This document shows positions 62,184-64,000 of a stretch of DNA of 64,000 nt, in pieces; the stretch's first letter is position 1, and each line of letters begins with the position of its first letter. A program made the position numbers and the translations under genes. The notes beneath the pieces were generated by a model, which saw only the letters and a list, made by a program, of their open reading frames with translations, had not been told where the DNA came from and searched no databases. Source of the DNA: Zygnema circumcarinatum SAG 698-1b (lineage: Eukaryota; Plantae; Zygnematophyceae); assembly GCA_037447605.1 (NCBI GenBank), contig CM074808.1, positions 2,790,001 through 2,854,000 of the forward strand, given 5' to 3'.

Positions 62184-63349
62184 ATGGCGACTAGGGGCTA
62201 TGAGCTCGTTTCTTTACAAAACGATAGTAGTTTGGCGGGATTTTTGGAAAAAGCTTCAGCTGTGGTGAAGTCCGGTCCAAGCAGAACATCTACAAATGTC
62301 ACATTTGCGAACTCTACCGATACTACAGTGCAGACCTTCTGGTTCAACTATCAGGGAGAAAAGGTGTAAACTGCAAACCTCCTGTCTAATTGACTCAAAA
62401 GTAGCCCCTGGGTTAGGTTATTTTGGGAATTCATTTCATTGGCCTTCGCAGCGTATGCTGCATTTTCAAAGCAGGTTCGAGTTATTGCTTATGCTTTCCT
62501 TGACGTATTCTGCTTCGTAATAATGTTCAGTAGAGGTCCCTGCCTCTTTATGCTGTCACTGAGATGTATAGGGATATCTAGTGCGTTTGCAGGTGCCGTA
62601 TCAGACGATCAAACCTGGCAAACAGTATGTCCAACCTACATATGTACTTCATCCTTGGTGTTTTGAAGATGCAATCACACGTCAGCCTTTGGTTGTGAGC
62701 AAGAAACTGGTAAGTATCCGTCACGACGGACCAACGATTTTATGATTTTTATGCCAACGATTTTCAAAAACAGTATACATGCACTTCGAAAAATCCAGTC
62801 TCGCGCAATAAGGCTTCACTCAGCAGTACACGCAAAAATCACAATGTCAGCGTCGCTCAGTCAGCGTTAGTACTCTCATGTCGAAATCGCTCTTGTACTA
62901 AAAAAGGTCATTGCTGAGTAAAAAGCTCGCCATAAGTACTGCATGCATCCTGCCACATTTAACGTGCATGTATTAGCTGCAAGTAAATTCACACGTGTCT
63001 ACCGTCCAGGCACAAGCTGTAATTAAAGCAAAAACTATAGTTGATGTTAAATTGTCTGATGGATCTGGATTGCTGATGCTACTGGATTTTGCTGGAGAAC
63101 TTCTCACCTTTTGGTAGCTGTTGACGCGTGATGTAGGTAGTGTTTCCAGACGACGCAGCACAGAGTGTGATGACTATTAGTCGCCCCGTGGAGATTGAGT
63201 GGACCCAGGAAAACCATGCGCGGTTCCCTCCGGATTTTCAATCAGCCGTCAGGGAGCTGCTGCTTTGTTATCATCGATCCAGCTCAATGTTTCAAGTTTG
63301 CAAGTCAATAAATTCCCTGAATCTCGATGTACGTGCATCCTTCTTTTAG
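62184..63349 (+). CDS. VHL beta-domain-containing protein; C-terminal exon structure unresolved
   Basis: Exons 62184-62363, 62593-62709, 63137-63295 or later (read-through stop at 63349). The spliced sequence KSGPSRTSTNVTFANSTDTTVQTFWFNYQGEKVPYQTIKPGKQYVQPTYVLHPWCFEDAITRQPLVVSKKLVVFP aligns without gaps to pVHL residues 64-138 as I recall that sequence. Confidence 0.8.
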
Positions 63350-63770
63350 GACTGGATCTCATTTCCATATTTAGGTTCACGTGATGAGCTTGGGCATAAT
63401 GCATGTGGGAAAGAAATCACGACTTCCTTTACAATGACAAGATCACGTTACCTGAACATTTTCGGACATTGAGATTATCATGACGTCTATCCAGGTTTGT
63501 TGTTATCAGTGTTTACAGAAGGGAGGACATAGATGAGTTGACCTTATGCTTGCAACACTGTGAATACCTCAGCAAAAGGTTACAAACCATAGACTTGAGC
63601 TCATTGAGTGGGATAATGCCATTAGTCCTCTAGGATCTTCTACTGATTATTGCGAGTCAGTAGAAATTGAATATGGAAGAATACCTTGAGGTGGTTGTGA
63701 ATGGTTTCTAAGATATTGAATGTTTAGGACAGTAAAAAGCACCAAAAGAGTTTCCGGCGCACTCATCTTC

Positions 63771-64000
63771 CTAGCAGTAGGCCTCCGCTGCCAATGCCAT
63801 TACCAGCATCTGTAATTCACACAATAACTTTCTCACGCCATGTGAACTCCTTTGCTGTGTGATGCAGGCCAACGATTCGCAAGATGACAGTGCGCTAAAA
63901 AATGGATACAAGGTGCGAACGAGTGGCCTGTTTGGTAAAGTACCATCAGATGTGCTTTTCATTATTATCAAACGATCTGCACCGAAGGTTCTCGACGTTG
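63771..64000 (-). CDS. Possible terminal exon of a gene entering from the right edge; product unknown
   Basis: The frame is open from the window edge to the TAG at 63771 (...LCELQMLVMALAAEAYC*). No recognisable domain. Confidence 0.3.
   Translation of the reverse strand, partial: TSRTFGADRLIIMKSTSDGTLPNRPLVRTLYPFFSALSSCESLACITQQRSSHGVRKLLCELQMLVMALAAEAYC

Noticed and set aside
1-64000. tRNA, rRNA, LTR retrotransposon, or a prokaryotic operon/defence system
   Set aside because: No tRNA A/B-box cloverleaf, rRNA signature, gag-pol motifs or operon structure seen by eye. tRNAscan-SE or Infernal would be needed to exclude small RNAs.

Overview
Eukaryotic, intron-rich plant-lineage DNA. GT-AG introns are about 100-900 nt, plant teloboxes (AAACCCTA) are common, and the gene families are plant-type. 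A streptophyte alga or other non-seed plant is my inference; the species cannot be named from sequence alone. I assembled exon models by hand, and for every complete multi-exon gene the summed exon length is a multiple of 3 and reads through. Left to right: N-terminal half of a HIBADH/ketose-bisphosphate-aldolase-type dehydrogenase (-, runs off the left edge); RIC1 (+, 23 exons); plastid small-multidrug-export family protein (+); CWC24/RNF113A (+); a ~2.1-kb long-inverted-repeat element with a nested GTAC-rich element and a 10-N gap; an Fe(II)/2OG dioxygenase fragment; a ~1057-aa protein with two widely spaced AP2 domains (-); a repeat zone (19-bp minisatellite, ~64-bp purine minisatellite, dead PIF/Harbinger transposase); V-ATPase c'' (+); HOS15/TBL1 (-, one GC-AG intron); a pogo-like MITE; two intronless tail-to-tail bacterial-type alpha/beta-hydrolase paralogs; a cation/Ca2+ exchanger (-); RPN2 (+); and a VHL beta-domain protein (+). 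Most notable are the VHL-like putative hydroxyproline reader with a non-VHL C-terminus, the probable HGT-derived hydrolase pair, the two-AP2 protein with an atypical linker, and dense GTAC (SBP/CuRE-core) and ABRE arrays found both inside transposon-like elements and upstream of genes. No CRISPR array, rRNA or tRNA was found.
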